From NCBI RefSeq assembly GCF_025526975.1, contig NW_026515677.1, positions 620,001-684,000 on the forward strand: DNA of 64,000 bases, read 5' to 3'. This DNA is from Fimicolochytrium jonesii (lineage: Eukaryota). Positions within the stretch are counted from its first letter, which is position 1. Every line of letters starts with the position of its first letter. Positions 1-12,506 of the stretch are shown in pieces. A program made the translations under genes and the position numbers. The notes beneath the pieces are model-generated. The model searched no databases. It worked only from the letters and a program-made list of their open reading frames with translations, and was not told the DNA's origin.

Positions 1-643
1 GACTCGAGGGAAGCAGGCTAGATGATGCATTTACATAGGCATGCTTGGGTGCGGATTCCAATTGTTCATAGACATTCTACATAGGCGTCGTTCTTTCTAT
101 AACCCTTTTTGTTTACACGATTCTGTATTGCACGTTACATCTGTTCGCAGATTTTGTATATGGAAAGGCAGCTTTGTGATCGGCGAACAAAAGCCTGTGC
201 GGTATCTCGTCAAAAGTTTATCGGGTATTGCAGCTCGCATTGCATACTATGGTAGCCACCAAAGCATTGACGATACTCGGAACCGGCACATGTGGCAAGG
301 AAGTCGGTACTGTACATATCTGCGTCGTCGTCATCGTGCCGATACAACCTGGAGAAGCAAGCAGCGATGTCGGTTTTCACCCGGCAGATGTAATCCGTAG
401 AGTCACAGCGGCTATGGTAACTCGTTCATCGCTGGAACTGTCATTATCGATCTTCAAAGTCCCAGGACCCGCTGTGAAGTTAGAAGAAGAGAGAGAAAGC
501 CGAAATGTAAGCTTTTCGTTCACTGATGCACTTCTCGAAATTGGCCCCGTCACAAACAGAGGTCCTCTTCGCGCTGGTAGTAGTCTCGCTCGCTTGGTGT
601 TCCCTTTCCAGCGACCCTCCTATCCGCACCACAGCCCCCGTAC

Positions 644-1056
644 CTAAATATCATCCTTCAGCGATCCGTACCATGTGAGGACGGCTCGTCCCTTTATCAG
701 CGCGGTCAAATGACTCCGTGATGATATCGTGGGTTTCGATGTCTACAGGAGCGTGCATTGTCAGCTTGTCGCCACAAAAGGACAATCCACGTCGTTATTG
801 CTGCGAAACCACTTACCAGCTGTGAAGATTGCCTCCCCGAAGCGGTAGCACTATGTGTCGATCGAGACCCAGAGGGCGCGGAGGAAGAGGAAGACGAAGC
901 GGAGGCGGATGCGAAGGATGGTTGTGCTGTGGATGGTTGAGCGCCGAGAGGGGAACCGGAAGATCGGGCAAAGTTGCTACGTGGCGACGAGCTGCAACCG
1001 GATGCTGCTCGTGCGAAGGACCGTCGGGCCCCGGAGGCTGCTGCTTTGAACGCCAT
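644..1056 (-). CDS. Small hypothetical protein (~112 aa) with Ala/Ser/Arg-rich, mitochondrial-presequence-like N-terminus; 2 exons (1056-817, 742-644)
   Basis: ATG at 1056 (MAFKAAASGARRSFARAA), GTAAGT donor at 816, GCTGAC branch and TAG acceptor at 743; spliced frame ends ...LTWYGSLKDDI-TAG. Confidence 0.5.
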
Positions 1057-1270
1057 TCCTGGACTAGGTGTGCGACGCTGCTTGCGCTGGTTGTCCGATT
1101 TCGGAATCACGGTCGTGGGAATAGCGAGTTGGCGAGTCTCCGATATCTCCAAGACCAGACGCGAAGCCACTTGCGCCACATTCCGATCATATAGTCGAGA
1201 AATAGTCGAGCAACATTGAAGTTACCTACCGCAATTACCTCTCAGGAAAAGGCATCCAACTCTAGCCGAC

Positions 1271-1622
1271 ATGGTTCTTGTCGTCAACAGACAGCAAGTG
1301 CTGAAGCTGTACAAGGAGCTTCTTATCTCCGCGAAGTAAGCGTTGAATATATCAATTTTTCTTAGTGCACATGTCCTGACCATAAGTCTTATACACTTGC
1401 AGGCTTCTCAAATACACCGACAAGGACTATTACAAGAGGAGGGTACAAGAAGCTTTTCGGGAGAATCAAAATGTGGCAGATCCGGCGGGGCAGGAACGAC
1501 TGTATCTGGTCAGTTGGGTTGACAAAGTGTTTGGATGTTTTTTGGTATCTCGCTGACTGAACGTGTCTTGTTCTCAGAGAGGAACCTTTATTCTCGAGAA
1601 CAAAATGGGCGGTCTGCTTTGA
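1271..1622 (+). CDS. LYR-motif microprotein (71 aa) resembling human L0R8F8/MIEF1-uORF mitoribosome assembly factor; exons 1271-1335, 1403-1508, 1578-1622
   Basis: Spliced product MVLVVNRQQVLKLYKELLISAKLLKYTDKDYYKRRVQEAFRENQNVADPAGQERLYLRGTFILENKMGGLL; LYK motif; two GT-AG introns with CTGAC branch points; absent from ORF track. Confidence 0.85.
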
Positions 1623-2492
1623 AAATGCTTGGTCCCGTGGTGGTCGCTTGCCTCAACGTGGTGGGGGTCGTCCGGGCACAGAGATATAGCCTCCCACTGG
1701 AAATTTGGCATGCGGCACCCACGTCGGCTCCAGCACCAGCTTCACCTGGCTTCCGAAAGTCAGCGCTAGCAAACATCGACAGCTTGATCAGTAAACGCCT
1801 CCAACGACCGGGTAGTGCACGGCTGCGGACCTGATATGTTAGCAGTTTGCGTTGCCGACAGTTGCACTGCGCACGTTCGGGTATCATATCATTACGCGCG
1901 GCACCCGTGGGTCCACCGATTGCACGGCAACCACCTGTCAACTTCGTCCTGGATATGGATCTCCCCTCGCAAATTGGGCGTTCGCAGGTTGCATGGGACA
2001 AACGGAGGAGAAGAACGCTGTGGCCCGGAGAGCGCGCTGCGGGACGAACATACAGTATCATGGCTACCGTTCTCCCCGCATCACAGCGTAGAGAGGGGGG
2101 AAAGGATCCGATATGTTCGGCTTAGCCCTCTATTATAGGCAGCGACGACCTCCGAACAATCAACGGAGTTGCAAAGGGGTATATGTATGTATATAGTTTG
2201 TTCACGCGTCAGACTTGCACTTGGGACGCGTCGGGAACTGCTATTTTTGGGCGCTCCCACAACAATGCCCCTTTTCGACCTTGCAATGGCAATAAACCTT
2301 CTTGCAAACATCCGTTTTCGAGGCTCGGCCCACGGACTCCGCCGCCGCCGGTTTTGCAACTTTGCACGAGCCTGCCGACAGCAAAATTCTGGTCGCTCTT
2401 TCTTGAAATATAACGGCCCCTCTGCTGCGCCCCGATATCCTGCCCGCAGCATTTCCCCACCGTTTTTTTCTTGAGGAATCGCTAAGAAGATC

Positions 2493-4267
2493 ATGATGGA
2501 AGATACGCTTCAACCTATCCCGCCAAGCGTTATGGTCTCTGCTGCAAGCGCCGAACTCGACCTGGCACTCACACCCGACCCGTTTGAGCATCTTAATGAA
2601 GATGAGTTGAGGGCACGATTAAGGGAGTGCCTTTCGTTGCTGCAGGACCGCGAATATGGTGGGAAAAATTGTCCGTCCTTAGGCCCATGCCATGAAACTC
2701 ACATTCCGCTGACTCTACTTCACTTGCCTTAGATCTACGAACCGCAGCAGAAGTCGGCCAGCAGCTCCTCGAAGCGCACTCCCACCTCCGGGAAGCCTAC
2801 GAAGCCTACATCACCCGCAACCCCGAACGGCCTAAGCTCAACGCAACACTCACCAAATCCAACTCCACGCCCGAATTCCTCACCAACTCCAACGAAAACT
2901 TCATCGTGTCCACAGAGTCAATTCAGAACTACGGCCCCGGAAACCAATCAGTGCAATTCGCGAAGCCCGAGTTCCCAAAGCCCGATATCAACTCATGGAC
3001 GGCGTCAGAGGAGAACGTGCACGGTTCCTCGCCGCTGGGCTCGTTGCCGAGTCTTAAGAAACGGTACAGGTCCGAGCGGGATATGTGGAAAACATCAATG
3101 GAGTACCTCTCCGGGCCATCGGTCATGAGATCGGTGGAATATCTCGCGGGGCTGAAGTCACAGTTCTCGTCGTCGATCCCGCTTGCGGCGAAGCGGGGGA
3201 GCAAAGATCGTGACGCGTTTTTGAAGAGTGGGAGCTCGATGGGGAGTGTTGGGCTGGAAACGTCGGAGTATGTTTCGACGCTGGAACGGACCAATTTGGA
3301 ATATCAGACGCAGGTCGCGAGCCTGACTGCTGAGTTGAAGGAGAGCAAGCAGGCGCAGGTGCGGGAGATGGAACGCAATGCGCGGCATCTGGAGGAAGTG
3401 CGGAGCGAGCTTGCCCGTGTGACGGAACAGGTCGAAACGCTGGCGGAGGATAAGCGGCGGCTGACGCGTGAGATTAGAGAAAACAAAAAAGAACAACTCT
3501 CCACCGAGTTGGAAGACCAGGAAGCCATCACGCAACTCGCGAAAAAGCTGCGCGACACGGAAGAGCGAAGCGAGAAACTCGCGCAAGAGAAACACACTCT
3601 CGAACGGCAAGCAGAAAGCACCGCCCAAGAAATGCTGCAGCTCCGCGACCAACTCGCCTCCTTCGACACCATGTTACGCGAAAGCCGACTGCAGCGGGAG
3701 GCCTGCGAACGACAAGAGGACCACATTCAAGAACTCCAAGAGCAACTCGAGGAAGCGCGTAACCAGTACGTGACGAACGTGAGCAGCTTCGAGGCGCAGT
3801 TGAAAACCGCCAACTCGAATCCGACGTTGCTTAGCCATGGTAGCCTCCATGACCTTCTCTTGGACGCCGAGATCCAGGAGGCGAACCATGTCCCATTGGG
3901 GAACGCGAAAAATCGACGCCTAAAGCCAAAGTCGCGGTCGCATCATTCATCAAGACTCAGCAACGAGGTGACGAACGACACGGACGACTCGCAGGACATC
4001 CATTCTAGAATATCCTCCACCGAGTCTAGCACCCAAACCGAGACAGACGCCCCACCCGCGCAGATTGATGCCAGCAGCCAGGTAGACGAGACATTAGGTA
4101 GCGTTGTGGCCGCCCAAACACCGCAGGGAAGCGGATCGCTGCTCTTTTCGTTGCTGTGGGGGTTTGTGAGACGGTTTTGGGGGGGACGACAGCCGCCTGA
4201 TCGGATTTATGAGCGGCAGTCGCTTTGGAATTATGCTGTGGGGGGTAGTATGCTTGGATGTATATAG
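2493..4267 (+). CDS. Long coiled-coil protein with N-terminal AAxxG (CC1-box-like) motif; exons 2493-2658, 2733-4267
   Basis: Intron 2659-2732 joins ORF 2493 in frame to ORF 2906, giving QDREYDLRTAAEVGQQLLEAH; E/Q/K/R/L heptad-rich middle. Confidence 0.75.
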
Positions 4268-4630
4268 GATGTTTTTGGACACATCCCCAGATTCAATAGA
4301 AACTTTCCGCGCTGTATATGTTAGGCGCTGGCTCTGGGAAACTCTTTCTCAATGTGTTGTCCATTGACAGATCTGGATATGCCAGGAACCCATAGGTTAG
4401 CGTTGATTGCTTCAGTTCATTTAACATGTCCCTCCCATCCATATCCCTTCCAAGAAGACTTTGGAAATTGGCGGACCAAGCCCGCGCGCCAAAAGCGTGT
4501 ACAAACAAAAGACTAGGATTGAGGTTCATCAAATACAAAACAGTGTCAAATTCCACAGTCGGAGGAGGATATATGGAGAGAGATCATTTAAAAAAGGGGC
4601 TCTTCTATTTCGGGGCGCCGGTGCTGGCAC

Positions 4631-5632
4631 CTAGGCCGTGTGCACAGCTACCGGAGGAGCCCCGGCAGTCGCGTTGGGGCCGTACAATCGGTTGAACTGG
4701 GAGTAAACGTTTGGGTAAGAAAATCGATCGCGCGATGGCTCTGGGTCCAAGTAGAAACTCATTATTTGACGCAATCTACTAACCTTCTCCATATCCTCCT
4801 GTGGGTATCCCTCGACCGTTCCATCGTTCCAAGGACCTTGGTCGGCGTGGTCGCAACCGCCAGGGCACTCGCATGTACCACCAAAGAACTTTGGCAGGCT
4901 GGATTCATCGATAGTCTCCAACAGCGAGGACTTGTACCGGCTTCCGAGGATGCTGATTTTGCTAACGGTCACTTCGTCGAGGAACCCCTTCACGACGGAC
5001 CAGACTCCCGTGAACAACATCGGGGCGTTTATGATGTACATCTTGCCGAGCATTTCCGGGTAGTGATTTTGCGCGATGCCGGATACCTGCTTGACGAGGT
5101 TGGCGACGCTAGGGAACTGCATCAGGGACACGCCCTTCAGGTCGAGGATGGTGCAGCTCTGCTCAATGTACTTTCCGTACTTCTTGGAGCACGCAGGAAG
5201 ACGGTACTGCACGAGCTTCTCGTACTCGTACACGTGGTTCTTCAACATCCGGTCTATGTTTGTCACTTGGAAGAGCTGGTTCACATCCACCCCTCCCAGC
5301 AGCTCCACGTAGATGGGACGTCCCGCCTTGTCCGTCTTGTGGTAGAACCGAGGATAGTACTTCTTCACGACAGGGTATTCGGGGAATTCGAACGTTTTTA
5401 GGATCTCGTCTGTGCCGAACTCCTTCCTCCAGTTTTGGTAATCTATCCACATCTTCTTCGAGGCGGGGAGCTGGAACTTGCGGGCGCGGAGGAACCGCAG
5501 GAGGACGTGGTCATCGTGCTTTGCGGGATCGTAGAACCCTTCTGCCCCAAGCTCTTCTTTGAATTGCTTCAGAGCAGTCTCTTGCTCTGGCTTCAGATTG
5601 CCGACTCGGCCGGACAGATTTTCCGTAGACAT
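4631..5632 (-). CDS. SEC14: Sec14 phosphatidylinositol/phosphatidylcholine transfer protein (CRAL-TRIO); in-frame intron 4697-4783
   Basis: LLRFLRARKF, YPRFYHKTDKAGRP, YPEMLGKMYIINAP, LPKFFGGTC, DQGPW motifs. Confidence 0.95.
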   Translation of the reverse strand: MSTENLSGRVGNLKPEQETALKQFKEELGAEGFYDPAKHDDHVLLRFLRARKFQLPASKKMWIDYQNWRKEFGTDEILKTFEFPEYPVVKKYYPRFYHKTDKAGRPIYVELLGGVDVNQLFQVTNIDRMLKNHVYEYEKLVQYRLPACSKKYGKYIEQSCTILDLKGVSLMQFPSVANLVKQVSGIAQNHYPEMLGKMYIINAPMLFTGVWSVVKGFLDEVTVSKISILGSRYKSSLLETIDESSLPKFFGGTCECPGGCDHADQGPWNDGTVEGYPQEDMEKVSRLRQIMSFYLDPEPSRDRFSYPNVYSQFNRLYGPNATAGAPPVAVHTA

Positions 5633-6266
5633 TGTGAGTGTTGGCAGCTTACGACTGCAGCCGGGGAAACACGGATGTGCGAGTCAGTAAAGGTCAAATT
5701 GGCAAAGCTCAGGCGAAGAGAATCCGAGACCATTCTCCCACGGGCGTCCAGATCCTCAGACTCAGTTGCACACAGTCCTCTGGTCCATGTTCCCACGCCG
5801 ACCTTCAATCTCCCCGCGCGTCTGAATAGCCCGTCTTCATCTCCCTCAGCCAACCGCGTTCAGCAAGGGCTTACCTGGTTGGGAAAGATTTGAAGGACTG
5901 TAGACAGCTTTTGCTTCCGACTGACAATAAGGACTCGAGCGAGATCCGGAGACAGTTCCTGCGAAATTTTGTGGTTCTTGTTGTTGAAACACCGCAGCCG
6001 GTTTCTGGGAGAGCTTTGAAGTGGGCGCGGCTGTGGGTTCAAAGGGTAGCGGTCGACGCATGCGCGCATGAGACAATCGGCAGGCGAAACTGGAGAACAC
6101 GGGTTACGGCAGGACTTGGGCGAAATCTTCTGGCAACGTGCAGGAGCAAAAGCCTGTCTCGAACAGAGATCTTTTTACAGCCATTGGCATTCGGGTTGAC
6201 TTTTCGCGAGGAAGGCCGGCGCAGAGGTGACGAACTGGAAGCGGACCGAGAGACAGCAACGAAGCA

Positions 6267-7518
6267 ATGTCCTCAGCAACAGCGTCAAGGCTGGGCTTCC
6301 GCCATGGTGCCCTCAGCCTGAAGCCTACGACAGCATTCAACACCGTGTGCCAAAGGCTGCCAACAACAGCTTCCTTCCACTCCTCGGCATCCCTTTCAGA
6401 CCGTGTACCCGCACTCCAGGTCCGCATCTCCCGCAAAGCATGGCGCAAAAACCAAAAGAAGATTGAGGACCTGCGCCGCCGTCTGGGAGACAACTACGCT
6501 GTAATCGGCCGCGACAAACGACGCTCTCCCTACACACAAACCAACAGCTCTACTCGCCCAACGCAAGCTCCCTATGTCCCTCCACCAGATCCAAAGATCT
6601 TGCCGTTCTTCGCTGTACCAGGAAAGACGAACGTTGCACCGATTGTGTCTGGTGACTTTAAAAAGACGTTGGCGGCTGTGAAGGAATTGCGGGCGAAAGC
6701 GAGCGAGGAGCAGAGCGTGAACGAGGCGATGGCAGAGAAGACGCAAGGATCCATTCGTGACTTGAAGATGGCTGCCGTGGAGGATGATGGAGTGTCGAAA
6801 GTGCTGGAGGTGCCTCTGGGTGCAATCCCATACGCAAAGGAGAAGGCGCCGTTGCGTGGGTTCGAACTTCCTGCCGATGTCGCTGAACTTCCGACACCGG
6901 CGACGTCTGGCCCTGGATATGGGTTCTCACTGACGCCATCGGAGGCCCAGCTACTGTTCTTGCAAACACCTGATATTGTAGCTGCAGGGACACATGGGCG
7001 GGCGCCGTCGGAGCGGGATATCGGCCCGAAAGCGCAAGCTGAGATGGTTAGGAGGATCGTCAGCTTGGAGAATGCAAACAAGCCACAGATGAACAAGTAT
7101 AATGTGGATCGGTGCGTTCAGCTGTTCGGAAGGGCCCCGCATGATACCGGTAGCCCGGAGGTGCAAGGTAAGAATGTGCATGTCCAACATCTCGTCGCTC
7201 AGGGGTATTGAATTCTCATCCCTTTTGATTTCGCGTAGCCGCCGTCTTCACTGTACGCATTAAATCGATGCAAGATCATTTGGACGCCAACAAGAAAGAC
7301 AAGTCCACCAAACGTCAACTGGAGAAGTGGATATCGCGGAGAGTAAAGATTCTGAAGTATTTGAGGCGAACTGTAAGTGCTGTTTGTATGCTGGTTTGTA
7401 TGCTGGCAAGTCTACACTTCGACGCATAATACTGAAAGATTCCTTCCAACAGAACCTTCCCAAGTTTGTGGAGACTTGTCGCGCGATAGGAGTGGAGCCT
7501 GAGACCATCCGTGTCTAG
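6267..7518 (+). CDS. MRPS28: Mitochondrial ribosomal protein uS15m; exons 6267-7167, 7239-7372, 7453-7518
   Basis: S15 signature DTGSPEVQAAVFTVRI...HL..NKKDKSTKRQL...RRVKILKYLR assembled across introns; N-terminal presequence. Confidence 0.9.
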
Positions 7519-8155
7519 TCATCCATGAAGGACCTCGGATGTTGATTACCCACGCCCCACATTCCCTTGATGGAGCCCAGCCGTGTGCCGTTGTACATGA
7601 TATATATCATCGCAATCTAGATATCAATATCGAGGAACTGGACGTACCACTGGCTGTCTGGGTTGGAATACTGAGGACGCCGCACGGGAGGCGCTGTATT
7701 GAGAGCGCCGCATTCCATGAACCTTACGAGCATCCCAGCGTTCATGGCTCAAATTAAGAGTAGGGCAGAAATGGCGATCCCAATCCGGTGATGCTAATGT
7801 CCCTGAGAGCATGCTGCTTCCCTACGTCCGCCCTCCTCCTGATGCTCGGACCTTCCCTGCATCCTCACTTCCGAAAAGTCGAGCCATAAGGCTTCCCCAC
7901 CGGAGGGGAAGTTCGACGCATTCGATATCCCACGTTCAAGCAATCTCCGCAGATATCATGCCGTGGAAACACAACCACCTCGTTCTCCTCCCTCTCCTCC
8001 CTCCTCATTCCTTCCCTTTCCCTCGCTCCTTCGCTCAAGGGCCGACCCTCTGACTTTCGAAACTTTCGCAAACACCCGCATAGAAACACAAAGAGTCGTA
8101 CAAGTGAAGACTTTCGAAGACGTTCCAATAATGTATTGAGACCGTCAAGAACAGT

Positions 8156-8748
8156 TTAGTGAGCACGACGGGACTCGGCAATGACAGCGGACATCTCCTC
8201 GACCTTTCTCTTGGCACGGCCGAAGGTTCCGAGCTAGGAAGGACAAAACACAATTGCGAGTCAATTGTCGGTTATGCACGGCCATCTCTTCCACCTTTCC
8301 TGAACGTTTCGAAAACGTGATATCCCATCTCTGCCCCCTCAAATCTCCCAATGACGGCAACACTCACCCTCCTCTTAGCGAGCTTCCTCGCTCGCTTGTC
8401 GGCAGAGTTCTTCAGCAACTCCATGATACGCTTTTCGTAAGGGGCGTATCCGGTAACTTCCCGGACAAGGTCGCGGACGAACTTTGTGCGCTTGGCCAAC
8501 GTCTATAAATGAAATCCCGACAATAAGCAACACGGAGACATATCCAGGTTTTGTTAAAAAGGAACCCGGGAACCGTGGAGGATCTCGCTGCAGTCTTCGG
8601 CAACAGCCTGGGACTTCAACAAATGTGCCCCAACTTGTCGCTAACTTACCCCCTTGCGGTTGACGGGCTTGGCCTTGAGCTCGCGCCTGGTGGTGACGTG
8701 GCCCTTGTTGAGGCCGGTGGCGATGCCGGACTTCTGTGTAGGAGCCAT
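8156..8748 (-). CDS. RPL36: 60S ribosomal protein eL36; exons 8748-8650, 8502-8368, 8233-8156
   Basis: [62 protein letters not shown]. Confidence 0.97.
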
Positions 8749-8802
8749 TGTATATGCCGATGTTCCGGTGTAAATTTCGAGAGAGATGGACCACCGTTTG
8801 GC

Positions 8803-8876
8803 TTAGGGAATTGCGCTGTTCAATCCAGAAGCCGAATAAAATAGGAGTCACGATCCAGGCCGATCACGTGATTGGT
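8803..8876. promoter_or_regulatory. Bidirectional RPL36/DIS3 promoter with TTAGGG (8803-8808), palindromic ATCACGTGAT E-box (8863-8872) and overlapping ATTGG (CCAAT box)
   Basis: Motifs read directly in the 341-bp gap between divergent ATGs at 8748 and 9090. Confidence 0.5.
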
Positions 8877-9089
8877 TGCAACGCGAAGCTTGGGTACTCG
8901 CCAGTGGGGAATGCAGGCAGCATTCGAAATAGGAGCACGAATTGCGTGCGCCAGTATAAGATATAGGAAGAGGTCAGGTCCGTTCAAAAATCAAGAGCCT
9001 GAGGAAGAGAGAGAGAGAAGCAAAGTGTATCAACGAGGTATCAGTGATCTACCGCGGAAAGAAAGGATCGCCAACGAGAAGTTTCAACG

Positions 9090-12000
9090 ATGTTGCGCAA
9101 CAAAGCTTTCATTCGAAAGACCAAGCGAGGAACTGTCGTGAAGATCGTTAAGGAGCATTGTATGTTCCCTGGTGCTCTGGAATAGTCTGAATGCCGTGGC
9201 CGAAAACCTTATCCCCTTTTGCTTGTAGACTTGCGAGATGACATCTATTGCGGAGCAACGACGTGTGCTGTGTGTGATCAGTCAGACCCGGTCCTCGACT
9301 CTCCGCGAAGTACTAGCAAGTTCAACGCTCCCCATTTTATAGTCCCCGATACAAATGTTCTGTTCCATCAGGTATGGCATAGAGACTGCTTCATTTCCTT
9401 GCATACGCTTCGCCTCACAGGCTCACATTTGTTTCATCCCGCGCAAACAGATTGATGTGATGGAGCACAAAGCTTTCACAAATGTGATCATACTGCAAAC
9501 CGTACTGGACGAGTTACGGCATAGGAGTATGCCAGTGTACGCCCGTGTTCGCACCTTAATAGCCGACCCAGCACGCCGATTCTACGTGTTTTCGAACGAA
9601 CATAATCGCGAGACCTACATAGAGAAGAAGAAGGATGAGTCGCCGAATGACAGGAATGATAGAGGTACTTTACTAGGTAGATAGCGGTGGGAAGCTCTGA
9701 ACAAGACTAAATGATGGTCCTTTGCAGCGATCCGGACGGCAGTGGCGTGGTATTCCGTACATTTGCGAGGGAAGCCAGCAACGGTGTTGGTCACGGATGA
9801 TGCGGATAACCGACGGAAAGCGTTGGCGGAGAAGCTTCCTGCCTTCTCAGTCCGCGATTACGTCTCCTCATTGACGGAGTTTCCCGAACTGGTGGATATG
9901 GTCGCAACTGTGAACGAGGAAAATGTGGACGAAGAGGACAAATGGTCTTACGCCGAGGTGAGCACAAGTTCTTTAGCATGCAAGATGCGTCAACGAGGGA
10001 GCTCATTCACCGTTTTACAGCATCTGTCCCAGTCACAAATCCAGGCGGGCTTGCGCTCAGGCGCCTTCCTTCAGGGAAAGATCGGTATCAGTCAAAACAA
10101 CTTCCTTGAAGGGAGCATCTTTGCGGAAGTGGATAAGGAGGAGAAGACCGTCATCATTTTGGGAAGGGAACACCTGAATAGGGCCATCCACGGCGATATC
10201 GTCGCGGTACAACTGCTTCCGCGCGAGCAATGGAAAGCACCCGTAGGGGTCATCCTCGACGAGGAGCAAATCGATAAGGAAGATGATGAGGATGTTCAGG
10301 CGGAGGATGCAAAAGCAGATGACGCTATGGATGTCGACGGTGCGGCAGCGGACCGTGTGCCCATGGCGAAGGTCGTTGGGATCATCAAGCGGAATTGGCG
10401 CCCACTCTGCGGAACGATCGAAAAGGCGTCAGTGCGATCATCCGGGGGTGTGTCAACACAGCAGGCCGTATTCTTCTGGGCCATGGACAAGAAGATTCCC
10501 AAGATCAGGATCCGGACGCGGCAGGCTGACGAGCTGGTTGGACGAAGAATCATTGTGACCATTGATGGCTGGGCAAAAAATTCGCGATACCCGTCGGGAC
10601 ACTACGTGCGGACGCTGGGAGATGTCGGAGACAGGGCTACCGAAACGGAGGTTGTGTTGCTGGAGCACGATGTGCCTTTCGCGCCATTCTCGGCGCAGGT
10701 GCTGAGCTTCTTGCCGTTGGAAGGCGAAGACTGGATCGTGCGTGATGAGCATATGGCAGGGAGGGAAGATTTCCGCCACATGGATATCTGCAGTATTGAT
10801 CCGCCCGGATGCACAGATATTGACGATGCTCTTCATTGCCGACCACTTCCGAACGGCAATATGGAGGTCGGTGTGCACATTGCCGACGTCAGTCACTTTG
10901 TGAGGCCTGACAATGCTATGGATATGGAAGCAAGAAGGCGTGGTACGACAGTCTACCTCGTCAACAAGCGTATTGACATGTTACCGGGTCTTCTCGGGAC
11001 CAATCTCTGCTCTCTTCGCTCGAACGTGGATCGTCTCGCCTTCAGTTGTCTATGGGAAATGACCCCAGATGCAAAGGTTCTTAACGTGCGTTTCACCAAG
11101 AGTGTCATCCGTTCCAAAGCATCTCTTACCTACGATGAAGCGCAAGCACGCCTTGATGACTCTACACTCACCGACCCGGTGAGCACTGGTATCAAGCTCC
11201 TCAACAAGCTCGCGAAGAAGCTTCGCGCTAAGCGTTTGGCAGCTGGTGCCATCACCCTCGCCTCGCCCGAAGTTCGTTTCAAGCTCGAGGAAGACCAACA
11301 GGACCCCGTCGACGTCGAGATGAAGGAGCTCAAAGACACCAACGCCCTTGTCGAGGAGTTCATGTTGCTAGCTAACATCTGGGTAGCTCAGAAAGTTTAC
11401 GAGGCTTTCCCGGAGAGCTCCATGCTTAGAAGGCATCCAAAACCACCTGCCAGCAACTTCGAAGGCTTGCAGAAGGCCGTCGGCGAGCTCGGGATCACCC
11501 TCAATGTCGACACCAGCAAAGATTTAGCAGAATCTCTCGACCGCGCTGTAGTCCCAAGTGACCCCTATGTTAATCAACTCATCCGTATTCTCACCACGCG
11601 GTGCATGATGCAGGCTGTGTATTTCTGCTCGGGGACCGTACCGGAACAGGATTTCTGGCATTATGGTCTTGCCAGCCACATCTACACGCATTTCACATCG
11701 CCTATTCGCCGTTATGCGGATTTAATTGTTCATCGGTTGCTTGCTGTGGCGATCGGGTATGAGAAGTCGTATGCCTCGGAGTTGGTGGATAAGATGAAGT
11801 TGAAGGATCTGAGTGATGGTGAGCCCCGATTTCTCCCAACTGCGACAGGGTCTCTGATATATTGTAATGCTCACTATCTTCTGCTCACGCAGTTCTGAAC
11901 TACCGTCATCGCCAAGCACAACAAGCATCCCGCTCCTCGGTGGAGCTCTTCACAAACTTATTCTTCAAAGACAAAACCGTCCGCGAAGAAGCCTACGTCA

Positions 12001-12335
12001 TCCGGGTCATGAAAAACGGTTTCTCAGTTCTGATACCCAAATACGGCATCGAAGGTTACGTCTACGCATCTCCAGACGACACATCATCACCGTCCACCGA
12101 CGTCAACAAGAACAACAAGCGACAGCGGGACGCGGCGCCGGTTGTCAGCCCGTTCGTGTATGACGCGGAGCGGAATAGGCTGATTGCGGGAGAGGTCGAG
12201 ATTAAGCTGTTTGCGAAGGTGAAGGTTTTGGTGTTTGTGGAGGAGGCGGGAGGCGCTGCGAGAAGGAGCAGGCTTTGTGTGAAGCTGTTGGAGCCGTTTG
12301 TGGAGGGTGTGAGTGTACGGGAGGTGGCGCGGTGA
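9090..12335 (+). CDS. DIS3: Exosome catalytic subunit Dis3/Rrp44 (PIN + RNB), multi-exon
   Basis: MLRNKAFIRKTKRG start, PDTNV PIN motif, ESPNDRNDRAIR, SIDPPGCTDIDDALH, YTHFTSPIRRYAD. Confidence 0.97.
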
Positions 12336-12506
12336 GATGTAGGTGATGAGGCAGGTCACGTTTCACTCCTCCCAGTATTGGACAATCGTTTAGGGAAGTT
12401 AGTAGCTTTTTCTGAAGTAGGTCAATTTCGATCCGATGTACTCTGGTATTTTGTACAGTAGACAGGAGACCTATTTAATGAGATGTGGCCGCCGCGGATG
12501 CCTACT

